From Octopus sinensis (taxonomy: Eukaryota): DNA of 64,000 bases. The notes beneath the pieces were generated by a model that did no database searches, had not been told where the DNA came from, and worked only from the letters and a program-made list of their open reading frames with translations. Shown here piece after piece: positions 24,650-37,680 of the stretch; within the stretch, counting starts at the first letter, position 1, and each line of letters starts with the position of its first letter. A program made the translations under genes and the position numbers. Where the stretch lies: assembly GCF_006345805.1 (NCBI RefSeq), contig NC_042997.1, forward strand, positions 54,312,001 to 54,376,000. Reading direction: 5' to 3'.

Positions 24650-24870
24650 TAAGGTGGTGAGCTGGCAGAAACGTTAGCACACCGGGCGAAATGCGTAGCC
24701 ATATTTCGTCTGCCGTTACGTTCTGAGTTCAAATTCCGCCAAGGTCAACTTTGCCTTTCATCCTTTCGGGGTCAATAAATTAAGTATCAGTTACGCACTG
24801 GGGTCGATGTAATTAACTTAATCCGTTTGTCTGTCCTTGTTTGTCTTCTCTGTGGGTAGTAAAGAAATAT
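24650..24870 (+). mobile_element. SINE family A, young copy
   Basis: CpG-rich; aaggtggtgagctggcagaaacgttagcacaccgggcgaaatgcgtagc...ctttgcctttcatcctttcggggtc. Confidence 0.85.
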
Positions 24871-25109
24871 GTATTCTTAGACATACAATGCCTGCTTTCA
24901 TTTTTTGCTTTTTCCATTTGTCTCAGACCATTTAACAATAAATTAATAAAGGATATTTAATATTGAATAAAGATTCTTTAACTGTGTTATATTAAAATAA
25001 TCATATCCTGGTTGTCTGTGTGCATTTAAATTTGTGCAAACATACTTGTTTGAAAATGTATTTATAAGTTTTGTTTCTGAGGTTAAATAACTAAACCTGT
25101 AAATTTCAG

Positions 25110-25280
25110 TGTTCTGCCCAGTGTGGTGATGAAGGTGATCGACAAAGATATGTCAGTTGTACTGATGATCAAGGAAACACCAGAGAAGATGCCGAGTGTG
25201 GCCATCTCACAAAACCTACCACAGTTGAAAGATGTTTATCTAAACCTTGTGGTCAATGGCAAACTGGACAGTGGGGAAAG
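25110..25280 (+). CDS. ADAMTS9: ADAMTS exon 16: TSR7
   Basis: CSAQCGDEGDRQRYVSCTDDQGNTREDAECGHLTKPTTVERCLSKPCGQWQTGQWGK. Confidence 0.95.
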
Positions 25281-25508
25281 GTTTGTTGAGATATTTTGAT
25301 CATCTTTTCTATTTTGCAATTTCTCATATGATGTGTTAAAATTGGTCGTAAATTGAAATTAAGTTAAATAACTGTACAGACTAAGTAGATGAAAATGGTA
25401 TCTTGAAATGGGAATTTTTTTTACAATATAAGGTTAAAGCGATCTGTAGATCAAATGTATCAAATATTCAAAATTGCAATACAGTGGTGTTGCACATTCA
25501 TAACTTAA

Positions 25509-25729
25509 CCCTTTCGTTACCAACCTGGCTGAAACCGGCTCTGGCTCTGTAGTACAAATCTCTTGTTTTCATAAGTTTTGAATTAAAATCTTCCACCAAA
25601 CTTTAGTCACAATTTATGTTCCGAAAACTAGCTTCATGATAACCAAGTTATTTTATTAAATTCTTTATTATATTTTAAGTAATTGGAAGATGCACAGAGC
25701 ATCTCACAATACATACAGTAACAAAAGGG
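25509..25729. mobile_element. piggyBac-type MITE (221 bp)
   Basis: TTAA|CCCTTTCGTTAC...GTAACAAAAGGG|TTAA; a further terminus of the family at 16508. Confidence 0.85.
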
Positions 25730-26741
25730 TTAATACAGGATTTAGTAATTTAAAAACAAAGAAAAACAAACTCTAAAATAAAATAATCTGAACAATACAT
25801 AAGTAGGAAATGCAATAAAATAGCTAAGATAAACTTATATAATCTATTTGGCAGATTCATTAAAACTCTCTTGCCTCTGGTATCAAATCTACCTTTTATC
25901 CTTTCTCAGCCAATAAAAGGTACCAATCTAGAGCAATGGATTGATGAAACTAAGAATATCAGACAGACATCTTATAGTATATCTTTTGGATCTTTACATT
26001 CTGTGTTCAAGTCCTACCATGGCCTACACAGGTGATTGATTAATGCATCCACTGGTTCAATACCACCACCTAGCCCTTTGAATGCTTTTAGCAGAGTTAA
26101 TTCTATTGCAAACGTTCAGGCCAGGATTCCAGTTTGAGGTTACTTTCCTCCCTCCTACCCATTTTACTGGCCCTGTAAAGGATTATGGGCACTGCTTTCT
26201 CTCTGGATAATGTATAGCATCGTATTGTACAATATAATATGTGTGTGAGGGGAAGAGGATGTAGAGGAGAAAGAATGAGTGACTACAAATAAATACAATG
26301 TCATATTGAAAAATTTCCATCTAAGATGTTAGTTTGAAATGGCTTGGTGGATGAGGTTTGGAAAACCAATTTTGGAAGATTCAAATTAACTGCACTTTTT
26401 TCTTTTTCTTTTTTTATTGCATCTCTAGGTAATTATAACTACCTTAATTTATATAACAAGAGGTTATACTAGTGTCTTACTTCTAGGAATGTAAGCAGTA
26501 TCCAATCCAAGGAGATTAATCTCTTACTAAATATGGAACTTAAGTTAAGTTTATGACTTGACATATTCCTGCAGTTGTATTTTATTATTATTAAATCAAA
26601 ATAGATTATTCCAAATTTATTTGGTTGTTGCACTCTCAAATTCTATCATTTAACATATTTTCTGTTTATGATTTTTTTATATAATAGTTATTCTTGTCAT
26701 TGAAACACAATACATGACATTGTACTACTTCTATCTTCCAG

Positions 26742-26936
26742 TGTACTGTTAGCTGTGGAGAAGGAGTACAAACTCGTATAGTTGCTTGTATACATCTTGA
26801 TCATCAAGTTGAGGAATTTAAATGTTTCAAAAACTGGAAACCAGTTGCAGTTCAAGCATGCCGACAACGGGAGTGTGAACTTCCATCAAGTGATTCTAGC
26901 AACTCATCTCATTGGAGAGTTGGCAAATGGAGTGGG
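26742..26936 (+). CDS. ADAMTS9: ADAMTS exon 17: TSR8 plus linker
   Basis: CTVSCGEGVQTRIVACIHLDHQVEEFKCFKNWKPVAVQACRQRECELPSSDSSNSSHWRVGKWSG. Confidence 0.95.
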
Positions 26937-27915
26937 GTTAGTATTGTTTCTATGATTCTCACAACTTGCTCCTTTTCAAAAGAGTCTTGTTTATATTACA
27001 TGTAATGTTTTACCATTTGTCTTATGATTTAAAATAAACCTTAGTCAACTAAATAGTTTTGGTCCTAACTTTTGTTGTTCCCGGAATTTATAATTCCATC
27101 TATTGATCTGTGCTTCTAAGATACAATTTCCTAGAATCCATTTTCTTTGGTATCTTATCCGTCCATTGTCAACTCAATGCAAAGCTTTCGGTTTAATAGA
27201 TGTCGGCATTATTTGAAAAATATAGTTCAAGGGAAGTAACTCTGATTTCCCTGGATTAGCTGCTTGTATAGGTGCAAACTATAGACTTTGTAACATTGCG
27301 AAATCGAGTAGCTTTTTCTATTTATTTATATTGCTAATGCCCAAAGGAAAATACTTAAATGCTGCAACTCCAGATGTAAATGAAATCATTTATGTATGAA
27401 TACATACGATCGCAAAAGATAAATGACCAAGGCTTCCAAGAGAAATAGCATAACAAGACTACTTTTTGGTTTCAGAGAAGATGGGTGTGTGCGGGTGGGG
27501 GGAATCATCTCAAAATCCAAGGCTCTTCTTAGACTCTCTGGACAATGGACCATTGTACAGGCTAACACTCCCTTTTTCTATACTATTTATAAGCCTTGCA
27601 AATGACTATTGCTTTTGTGTTCAGGATGAGTATTTGCCATTCTTTTATTCTTAACTGGTAGGAGCATTAACTGACTTTAGATACATTTTGAGAAGCCAGT
27701 TCTCTGGTGCCTAGAAAACTGCCTTACCGTATTTGTTCTTTACATTCATTGTTCAAGTCTCACTACAGTTAACTTGGTTTTTCATCTCTCTGGGGTTGTT
27801 AAAATAATAAAAGTACTGTATGTGAAGGCTCTCTCTCTCTCCCGCTCTCTCTTTTTTCTCTCCACCTAGCCATCCATTAACTCTACATCTGTATGCTTTC
27901 AAATTTCTATTTTAG

Positions 27916-28068
27916 TGCTCCAGTACCTGTGGTTCAGGTTGGCAGCGTAGAAGAGTTGCCTGTAACTTTGAAGACCAAAGCCGTTGTAATATTTTACGGA
28001 GACCCATTGAGAGGAAACCTTGCAACAGTGGCTATTGTCCTGGATGGACATATGGAGACTGGAATGAG
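27916..28068 (+). CDS. ADAMTS9: ADAMTS exon 18: TSR9
   Basis: CSSTCGSGWQRRRVACNFEDQSRCNILRRPIERKPCNSGYCPGWTYGDWNE. Confidence 0.95.
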
Positions 28069-28124
28069 GTAACTTTTTTTCGGTTTTATATTTCTAACAG
28101 CTTTGCTCGTATTGTCCTATTTAT

Positions 28125-28500
28125 AGTGAGGATAGTGGTAAGAAGTTCACTTCACAATTATGAGGTTTCAGGTTCAGTCCCATTCCATGGCACCTTGAGG
28201 AAGTGTATTCCACTGCAACACTGGGGCTACCAGTACCTTGTTCTTGTTTGTGAATTTGATAGAGAGAAACTATGTGAATAGCCAGTGTGTGTGTGTGTGT
28301 CTTCTCCCATCCATCCCACTTGACAATCAGTATCAGTTGGTTTGTATACCTGTAATTTTGTAGTTTCACAAGACAAACCAATAGAATAAATACCAGACTT
28401 ACAAAACTAATTACTGGAGCCAATTTTTCAATGAAGCCTTTTCAAAGTGGTGCTCCAGCACAGCTACAAGCCAGTCACTGAAACAGATGAAAGAATAAAA
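28125..28500 (+). mobile_element. SINE family C, diverged full-length copy
   Basis: tRNA-like head (gtggtaag...ggttcagtccc), central (TG)n, tail ggtgctccagca...ctgaaacagatgaaagaataaaag. Confidence 0.7.
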
Positions 28501-28518
28501 GACATTGTACAGAAGGTC

Positions 28519-28812
28519 ATCCGAATGTGGCCGTTGCCGATGCCGCCTTGACTGTCTTCTGTGCCGGTGGCACGTAAAAAGCACCAATCGATCATGTCCG
28601 CTGCCAGCCTCCCCTGGCACCTGTGACGGTGGCACATAAAAAGCACCCACTACACACACAGAGTGGTTGGCGTTAGGAAGGGCATCCAGCTATAGAAACA
28701 CTATCTGATCAGACTGGAGCCTGGTGCAGCCTCTTGGCTTCCCAGACCCCAGTCAAACCGTTCAACCCGTGCTAGCATGGAAAACGGACATTAAACAATG
28801 ATGATGATGATG
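28519..28812 (+). mobile_element. Family B repeat
   Basis: Core plus (ATG)n tail. Confidence 0.85.
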
Positions 28813-29553
28813 AAAATTTCTTCAGTGAGTTCAATTCACTATATTATTTGTACTTATTTTATCAGTAAAATGATGAATGACAAATCCAACTGTGGTAAGC
28901 TTTTTAACTTTAACTCAAGAGGACAAAAACTAAATACCAAAAAATTATTTAAATGAATAGTCTTCTCTGTTGATCATTCTTACTTATCTTGTTTTAGTGA
29001 ATATTGATTTTGTTTGTACTTTACACAAGATTCAAGTTGATAGGTGACAGAAAATAAGGAATCATTAGGTGAAAGTGAAGTTACGTAACATTTACAAGAA
29101 ATTGAAACCAGACCTCTACTTTTATTCATTGGAAATGTATCTCTTATTCTACATTATTCATTATAATTTTATTTATAAAATTGCACAAGATTAATTACAA
29201 AGTTCAAGAAGCAGGGTTAATTAGAAGAAAACTACTATATAACATAACTAGCTCTTTCTTTCATAAAAAGAACTGAATGGAATTAATAATAAAGAGTATT
29301 TTGTTATATTTTATATTTTCTTTTAAATGTTTCTAACATGTATATGATTGGTATGCATATATGTACCTGTGTATAAGTATGTGTTTGAGAATCAATATGC
29401 ATACATGTGACCCAGGTTTAATTCAATATAGATGACTGTATGTACCTGTATTATTGTCAGTATGTTTTACAAAAAAAATTTGACCTAAGTAAACTTATTT
29501 CATACTCAAACTAAAGCAAAGTTTCTTCTGAATATTTTTTCTTTAAATTCTAG

Positions 29554-29730
29554 TGTCCAGTAACTTGTGATTCAAATGCGTATCAGAAAAGAACAGTATT
29601 GTGTCAACTTCCAAATGGTCAAATGTTGCCAGACCCAAATTGTAACCTATACCAAAAACCTGCTGAAACAAGGCCCTGCCTTTCAACTTGCAATGAAGTA
29701 TATGTATGGAATGTTGGAGCATGGGGTCCT
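29554..29730 (+). CDS. ADAMTS9: ADAMTS exon 19: TSR10
   Basis: CPVTCDSNAYQKRTVLCQLPNGQMLPDPNCNLYQKPAETRPCLSTCNEVYVWNVGAWGP. Confidence 0.94.
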
Positions 29731-30508
29731 GTGAGTAATCACAAATAAAAAAAAAAGAATTATATTTATTTTTCTAAATTCTATTTTTGTTTTGCCATCA
29801 CATCAGTTACTGTTCTTGAAAACAAATTGATCTGTTCACCTTTTGTTTTTGAATTTTTAACACTCAGTACAGAATTTCTCTCTCATAACTTTTTACTCAC
29901 AACTTTAAGTGACTACAGTGTTCTGCAGAGACTGACTATAAACCTTGCTGCAATAACTTGGTGAAAATAACAACCAAATCTCTCCAACTATATTACTGTT
30001 GCATAATATAGTCATGAAAACATTATATCTGAATAAGATGGGATAGTCATGGTCATTAATTATAAGTCTGCTCGATTAAATTTGTTTTGTGGGTAAACAA
30101 CAGTTGATACAATACTTCTTGTATTTGTGGATTGTTGGTAGGGAGCAGACCTGTAAAAAATATTGTCTATGCTTATATGAAAGTGTGACTGTAAGACAGC
30201 GCGATGTGGAAATAATAAGTATTGTTAATTAACAATAAATGCCTGGTGAAGCTAATTAGAGACACAGTTTCAATTCTTAACTGAAACATTTCTCTTTTAT
30301 ATTGTTACTAACACCCATTTCCTCTTCCTTGTAACTCTTCCTTTCATGCCTGCTGGAAATGGTACAGAAAATCTACAGTGTTTTGAGAAGCCAATATTGG
30401 CGAAACTTCAAATTCACCATTGATAATAAATATTATTTTGACTCTACAAGCAGTATTGAGTCCTTTATTCAGAGCATGTTTAGTGTACTGAAGTACACAA
30501 ACCTATAA

Positions 30509-30511
<3 letters not shown>

Positions 30512-30549
<38 letters not shown>

Positions 30550-30570
30550 GTATATATGTATGTATATATA

Positions 30571-30631
<61 letters not shown>

Positions 30632-30652
30632 GTATTTATGTATGTACATATG

Positions 30653-30684
<32 letters not shown>
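30512..30684. repeat. Compound (TA)n/(TATG)n microsatellite
   Basis: Direct reading. Confidence 0.95.
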
Positions 30685-30719
30685 AGTGTTTTGTGTTATA
30701 CTTGTGTGTGTGTACATAT

Positions 30720-30936
30720 ATTAGTTTCAAATTTTAGCACAATGCTAGCAATTTCAAAGGAGTGGGTAAGTCAATTACATCAAGCCTAGAGCTCAACTGG
30801 TGCTTATTTTGTCAACCCTGAAAGGATGAAAGGCAATGTCGACCTCGGCGGAATTTGTGCTCAGAACATAAAGACAGACAAAATGCTGCTAAGCATTTCG
30901 CCTGACATACTAAAAATTCTGCCAGCTCGCCACCTT
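30720..30936 (-). mobile_element. SINE family A
   Basis: Reverse complement of the family A consensus; similar minus copies at 41689-41894 and 51878-52100. Confidence 0.85.
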
Positions 30937-31920
30937 TGTGTGTACATACATTATCTGCAGAGTACCATCATTAAACTGTACCCTGTTAAGCCAGGTTCAG
31001 AGAGTGACTGTCCTTATTGACTTTCATTACCATTTTTGGGAATCAGTATCATGTGGTCCAACAATCTTCATTGATTATTCAGTGATTAGGCATTTTTTTG
31101 CTTTGTATTTTATATCATGACTCCAAAAGAGATTAATTTAAAGAAGCGGGCAACCCCAGTTGTGAAGCAAAAGTTGGAACTATATAAAGAAGTTAGAGGC
31201 TGGTGCTTTTTTACATTTACACACAGAAATGTTGAATAATTTTATAGAATGTATATCATTGTTTTATGTAGTTATATAATATATACAATATTTTTGTAAT
31301 TTTGTTACTGTGTGATATTCAGCATGCAATGCATCTATTTCTTATTTTGTATGCATACACAATATTAAACTTTATCATTGGTTAACTCAAGTAATTAGCT
31401 AAAGCTGATACCCTTCCCTGCATTAGTATGTTTTAGTAAAGATGCACAGTGTATGTACGTGCATGCATGTGTGTGTGTGTGTGTGTGCGTATCAAGCTCA
31501 GTTCAATTATCTCCATTCTATTTCTATTGTTCAGATACTTGAATCCTTTCACCAGTCCTTTCCACCTGTCTCACTCTTAGATCTTCTGTGGCTTAAGTAG
31601 TCCAGTATAGAATTAAATATAGGCATAACTTACATTCAGATGTTTCATTGATCTTGGTAATTCTGGTGGTTCTCACCCCTTTCCCAGGATATTGATGCAG
31701 TTGGCTTGAAAGTTACTCATCCACCTTTGACAGACGTTTCTTAATCATGCAAAGAGCCCACACACCATCCTTACTGGGTTAATCCAGTAGGGGGCAAGCT
31801 TAGTAGTCTACCACTTATATATATAAAAGAACAAAACGTTTTTGATAGAATATTAGTCAGAAGTTACATTTATGTTTTGTTTTGCAAGATTCCTGATGTG
31901 AAACCATCTTGTTGAAACAG

Positions 31921-32289
31921 ATATTGTTATATTTTGGGATGGTCATTTAAAAATTTTTTTTTTTTTTTGCCAAATAACCATACACCTTGTATACTCGTTC
32001 TTCACTTCAGCTTTAATATTGTTCATATTTTTGTGCTCTTTTTCTGAAATCTTTCATCACACATCTTGTGACCTCTTCAGTGTCTCTCCATCCTATGTGT
32101 CTCCTCCTGCCAAGTCAAGAGGAGACGTGAGGGCTGGAAAATCATCGAAGAGGTCACAGTATGTATGATGAAAGATTTCAGACAAAGAAAATAAGAACAA
32201 CAATAAAGCTGAACTGAAGAATGAGTATATAATATGTGTTTATTTGGCAAAAGAAAAGAAAAAATTACCATCCTAAGATATGACAATAT
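31921..32289. repeat. Fold-back (palindromic) element of about 370 bp
   Basis: Left arm atattgttatattttgggatgg...tatactcgttcttcacttcagcttt...tctgaaatctttcatca..gtgacctcttc pairs with the right arm; centre gtctcctc/gaggagac. Confidence 0.85.
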
Positions 32290-32474
32290 TAGTCATAAGA
32301 AATGAAGGAATTATTCCTTAATTTAATTATATATTTACAGGTATAGAAAGTCTTCAAATTTTCCAAGGAAATCAAATGAAATGAAGTGAAAAAGAAACTT
32401 AAATATAATAGAATAAAATATTTAAATTATTGCATTTAAGAATTTGCCTAACATTTAAGAATTCTTGTTTACAT

Positions 32475-33735
32475 ATCATCATCATCATCATCATCATCAC
32501 CATTATCATTTAACATCCATTTTTCATGCTTGCATAGGTTGGATGATTCAACAGGAGCTGTGGGGTCACCAAGTAACTTGTAAGGCAGAGACCTCTCAGC
32601 TGAGAGAGGGAATGGAACTGAGGGAAGTGGCTATGAGCCAGGTGAGAAGTGAGAGTATAATAGAGGGAATACTCAGCTACTACAGTAGGACAGGGACAGA
32701 CAGGAAGAGGAGAGAGAGTTAGAGAAAGAGAGAGAGAGAGAGACAGAATGGGAGACAGGAAAATTGGTGTTGCAGATGTATTTAGGTTTATCTACAGGGA
32801 ACAGTGGTGGGAGTATAAGTAGTATAAAGGGCGTAGAGAGGGATGTTGCATAAGAGTGTGAGGGGAGATGTTTAAAGATGGAGAAGACTTGGCTCTTTGA
32901 GTGATGGTGAGAGAGTAGGTGGGAGCGGGTGTATAGTAGATATGTAAGAGTATGGAGAGAGTGTGGATAGGCACATGAGGGAGAGTGGAAAGGCCTGCAG
33001 TGGGTGATAATCATGGATAGTGGGATGTGAGGGATGTTGGGAAGATGGCTTGTAGGGGTGTTTTGTCAGAGGACAGATTATTTGTCTGTGAGAGTAGAGG
33101 CATGGCTATAAAGGACATGCTTGTATGTATGGATGATCATGATTTTACTTAGCTCAATGTGTCTTCTCAAGCACAGCAGATCACCAGAGATCTTAGTTCT
33201 TTGTCATCTCCTCTCTGAGGTTCAACATCTGAAGATCATTTCTCACCACTTTGTTCCAAGTCTTCCTGGATCTACCCCTTCCACAGATTTCCTCCACAAT
33301 TAGAGATTGGTACTACTTAATACAACTGTCCTCATCCATATGCATCACATGACCATGCCAGCACAGTCTTCTCTCTTGCACACATCTGATGCTCTTATAG
33401 TAAATTATTCTCTTAAATCATTTACACTGTCGTACATGCACACTGACATTATCTATTCAGTGGAACATGTTGGCTACATTTCTTTCAGGCCTTTGCAAGT
33501 CCTTTGCAGTCACAGTCCATGTTTCACTGCCATGTAGCATAGCTGTTCATATGCAGGGATCATACAATCTGCCCTTCACTCTGAAGGAGATGTCCTTTGT
33601 TACCAACAGAGGTAGTAGCTCACTGAACTTTGCCCAGCCCATTCTAGCAACAACACTTTCAGAACATACTCCTTCACTGCTAGCTTAGTTACCTAAGTAT
33701 CAGAAGCTATCTACTACTTCTAAGGATACCCCTGG
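32475..33735 (-). mobile_element. RTE-clade LINE 3' portion: RT C-terminus, long 3' UTR and family B tail
   Basis: Minus-strand peptide traces KFSELLPLLVTK, KGRLYD, AMLHGSETW, ERRLCWHGHVMHMDEDSC, GRGRSRKTW; then UTR, (GA)n and (GAT)n tail. Confidence 0.8.
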
Positions 33736-35087
33736 ACATTTGAGGAAGTTTATTTTCTGTACATTCTTAGTGTTTATTGTGCCTGCACATCTGCCATACA
33801 CAGACTTCTTTGTACTTACACCTTTTCTACATATTGAGCAGGACCATCTCCCTGAAGGGATTAGTAATTTGTCTGTTTTCCTACTTACTAGGACTTTGAT
33901 CTTTGCTAAATTAACTTTTGCTGTGGCACAAGAATTCTCGTGTGCTCAACAAATTCTTAAATGTAATGACATAAATATTTTATTTTATTATATTTCTGGT
34001 TTTTGTTTTCACTTTATTTAATTCCATTTCATTTCATTTCCATGGAAAATTTGATGATTTTCTGTACCTTGTATTTTTATAAATAAACTTAGAAACAATT
34101 CTTTCATTTCTTCTGACTAACCTTGTTATTATTTCAATTATATGTATTCTACCAAGGTCGACTTCGCCTTTCATCCTTTCAGGGTTGATTAAATATAAGT
34201 TGCAGTTATGCACTGGCGTCAATGTAATTGAATTAATCCCTTCCCCCAAATTTGGTGCCTTGTGCTTTCAGTAGAAAGTATTATTACAATTATGTATAAA
34301 TTAAGATGCACAACAAGTAACCAGTATTTAGAACTTCATGTGTATCTTTATTTGCTATAAGAGAAAACTGTGAAGAGAATTCATGTATTTTCATCAAACA
34401 TTCCCTCTACTAGTTTCCATAGTTACAAAGATAATTGAGTATACAGAGAAAAAAATCAAGACTGGAGAATAGATCCTGAAATTATTTCCTTAAGTCATTC
34501 TTATATGTGTTTCAGTGAAGATTATAAGGCTGAATTGTACAATCATGGTCAGGTGTATTTCTTATATCTTTGCATTATTATAAGAGCTTATTTCAGAATG
34601 TGTTATTGTGAGTTGTCTTTTCTTCAAATAACAGAAAAAGTTACAAAGAATGTTTATTACAAGAGAAATTAAATGGCATGACTGAAGGTAGTGTAAAGAA
34701 ATTTTAGGTTCAATTACTCTGGAATCAAACTAGACTAAACATAATTATATCTACACTGAGTTTCATTTGTATGTTGATGATAAATTCATAACAGTCTGAC
34801 AGAGCAAATCTCACTGACTTAGATTTTCTGTCCATATATATATTATGCTAACATACATTTATAAGCATATACACTCTCACAAGTTATACAGACACTTATA
34901 TAATACAGGGACAAAGAAATACATATACACATATATATTTATTAAGATATACACTCATAACCTACATAGATACACACATGCATGCATGCATACATACTCA
35001 CATGTACACACATACACAAACGCATATACATACATATATCTTCTGCATTCAATGCTCATGTTTGATTTCCATGTATTATATTATAGT

Positions 35088-35461
35088 GTACATGGAAGTG
35101 AAACATGGGTATTGAATGTGGAGAATGTGTGAAGGCTAGAATGAAATATGAGATGAGCATGCTCTGCTTCAAGTGTAATGTTAGTTTGAATGATGGATGA
35201 AGCCAAAATGAGCTGAGAGAAAGAAGACTACACTGGTACAGACAAGTTGTATGCATGGGGAGATGACATTTGGGTAAAGAAATGCCAAGTGAACCAAGGA
35301 TCCTGCAGCAGAAGAAGACTGAATAAAACATGAAAGCTGGGTTCAAATTGCTGAACCTCGTGAAGACAACAAAGACCTACAACAAATGGTGAGATGCTGT
35401 GCTGGAAAAGACCTGTCCAACCTCTGGACACATAGAAAACTGGATGCAAAATGATGAGGAT
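35088..35461 (+). mobile_element. RTE LINE 3' fragment
   Basis: VHGSETW and RRLHWY traces; ends in a family-B-like tail (ctgtccaacc...aaaatgatgaggat). Confidence 0.7.
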
Positions 35462-35554
35462 ATATGCATGGGCATGTGTATGTATATATATGTGTATGTA
35501 TATATATCACAAATGCACAAGATATATTAAACTTTACGTTGTAAATATTTTTAG

Positions 35555-35719
35555 TGTCCGGCTAGTTGCGGTAAATCTCGCAAATACCGTAAAGTTCGAT
35601 GCATCAATAAAGATAATATTGAAGTTGACTTATCAAAATGTCCTGGCAAACCACTTCGATCCAGTAAACGGTGTCGAGTAAAGAAATGTCCTCACTGGTA
35701 CAAAGGTCCTTGGAGGCCA
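35555..35719 (+). CDS. ADAMTS9: ADAMTS exon 20: TSR11
   Basis: CPASCGKSRKYRKVRCINKDNIEVDLSKCPGKPLRSSKRCRVKKCPHWYKGPWRP. Confidence 0.94.
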
Positions 35720-36405
35720 GTAAGTATTTTATTTGCAATTAAAATAAATCCTTGACAGTTAATCATTTTGTTTTTGTTTTGTTTTTTTTGTTACAAAAAG
35801 AAATGGCATAAACTCCATTTTTTCTTCAGTACACACAAAGCATATTGACTGTGAGGTTAAGATGCTGTACTGCTAACCATTCAGAATAAATTCATATCTT
35901 ACTGCTGCTGTCATGTTGTGACCTTGGGCAAAGCATATATTTCTGCTAAATCTTATTTGCTTGATGGACAAAATAAATTTAATTCGCTCTCTCTTAATCT
36001 AAGAATAGCCAGTCATAGAAAGAGATTCTGGCTGTTGAAATAATTACTCCAGTGAAAAAAACAATTCCATTCATTTTGATTGTACAAATGGATGTAAAAC
36101 TGTAAGAGTATATGAATCAAAAGTTTATCAAAAGTTTTCTTAATATCAACAAATAAATGGTTATATTCTTAAAAATCTCTTGTAAATAAGCTACACCCCT
36201 AATATTATTATTGCATATAAAGTTGTTTTTCTGAGATTGTTACACTATACTGTATATCATTAGTAGCTGACTATTGAGGTCTCTGATAATAGTAAAAGCA
36301 GTGTCAGAGTAAAACAAATAGAAATATATAACAAGTAGAAATGAAGAAACTAAAATATACTATTTGTAATTACAATGGCTGGTTGTTACTTTCTTCAATT
36401 CCTAG

Positions 36406-36576
36406 TGCTCTGTTGAATGTGGTAATGGTACAAGAACAAGAGAAGTTACTTGCAAACAATCTAAATATAAAACAATACCTGATGTATATTGTAACAAGAA
36501 AAAGAAACCTATAAGTGCGAAAAGTTGCTATCCAGCACCCTGTAAATATATATGGAAAAAAGAGAGGTGGTCATTG
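36406..36576 (+). CDS. ADAMTS9: ADAMTS exon 21: TSR12
   Basis: CSVECGNGTRTREVTCKQSKYKTIPDVYCNKKKKPISAKSCYPAPCKYIWKKERWSL. Confidence 0.95.
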
Positions 36577-36934
36577 GTAAGCAGGTTATATTTTTTAATT
36601 TCCTTTTTCTGAATTGGACACATAAAGGGACTTTGCATGCATACAGACACACAGACTCACAAATAATATTAATTGGCATAGCTTTTTAAGCAGTTCAATT
36701 TAAAATATAAATTTGACATCCTTTTTAATGGTAATCAAATGTTATATCACTTACTAAACTGGTAAGTTGTTATCTCATATTATACATTATCTCACCATTA
36801 AACTTCTCATCATTACACTATGAATTATCTCTATTAGTTATCTTATTCTACAAAAAAAAAGTAAGACGCATGACCGATAAATCAGTATAATGCTGTGTTT
36901 CTTGAACTGTCAAACTCAACTTGTTAATTGTTTT

Positions 36935-37178
36935 ATGATACTTGACCTCCCCTCACATGCCTATCTGCACATTCTCTATGCCCTCACTTATCTACCATCC
37001 TTACACCCCCCCATCCACTTCAATTTCTCTCACCATCACTTGTTACAGTCATGTCTTCCCCATCTCAAGACATCTCTACTCACATTCGAATGGAACATCT
37101 CCCTCTATCCCCTCTGTACTATTTATACTACCCACCTCCTTGTAGGTAAACTTCAATACATCTCCAATACCATCTATT

Positions 37179-37217
<39 letters not shown>

Positions 37218-37238
37218 CCTCCCTCTCTCTCTCCCTCC

Positions 37239-37271
<33 letters not shown>

Positions 37272-37680
37272 GTCCTTCCTCTCCTTCTTTGTCCTACTGA
37301 AGTGTCCAAGTATCTTCTCAATAGTAAGACTACTATCTTTGTCCTGCCATTATCCTCTAACTTCTCGCTTAGCGCATGTCCACTTCCCTCAGTTCTACTC
37401 CCTCTGTCAGCTGAGAGGTCTTTGTCTTGCAAGCTTCTTTGTGACCCCACTGGTGCTGGTGCCACATAAAAAAGCACCTGTGCTGGCACCATGTAAAAAG
37501 CACATGTATTTGTGCCACTTAAAAAGCACCCAGTACACTCTATAAAGTGGTTGATGTTAGGAAGGATATCCAACTGTAAAAACTAAGCTAAGATTGACAA
37601 TTGGAGCTTGGTGTAGCTCTCCAGCTTGCCACCTACTGTCTAACCCATACCAGTATAGAAAATGGGCATTAAATGAAGAG
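36935..37680 (+). mobile_element. RTE 3' UTR copy with (CT)n (37179-37271) and family B tail
   Basis: Reverse-complement homologue of 32475-33100. Confidence 0.7.

Noticed and set aside
30469-30789. ORFs rich in YI/IY, TH, DD, SL or II (also at 11146, 37076, 57483, 59566, 60894)
   Set aside because: Translations of microsatellites.
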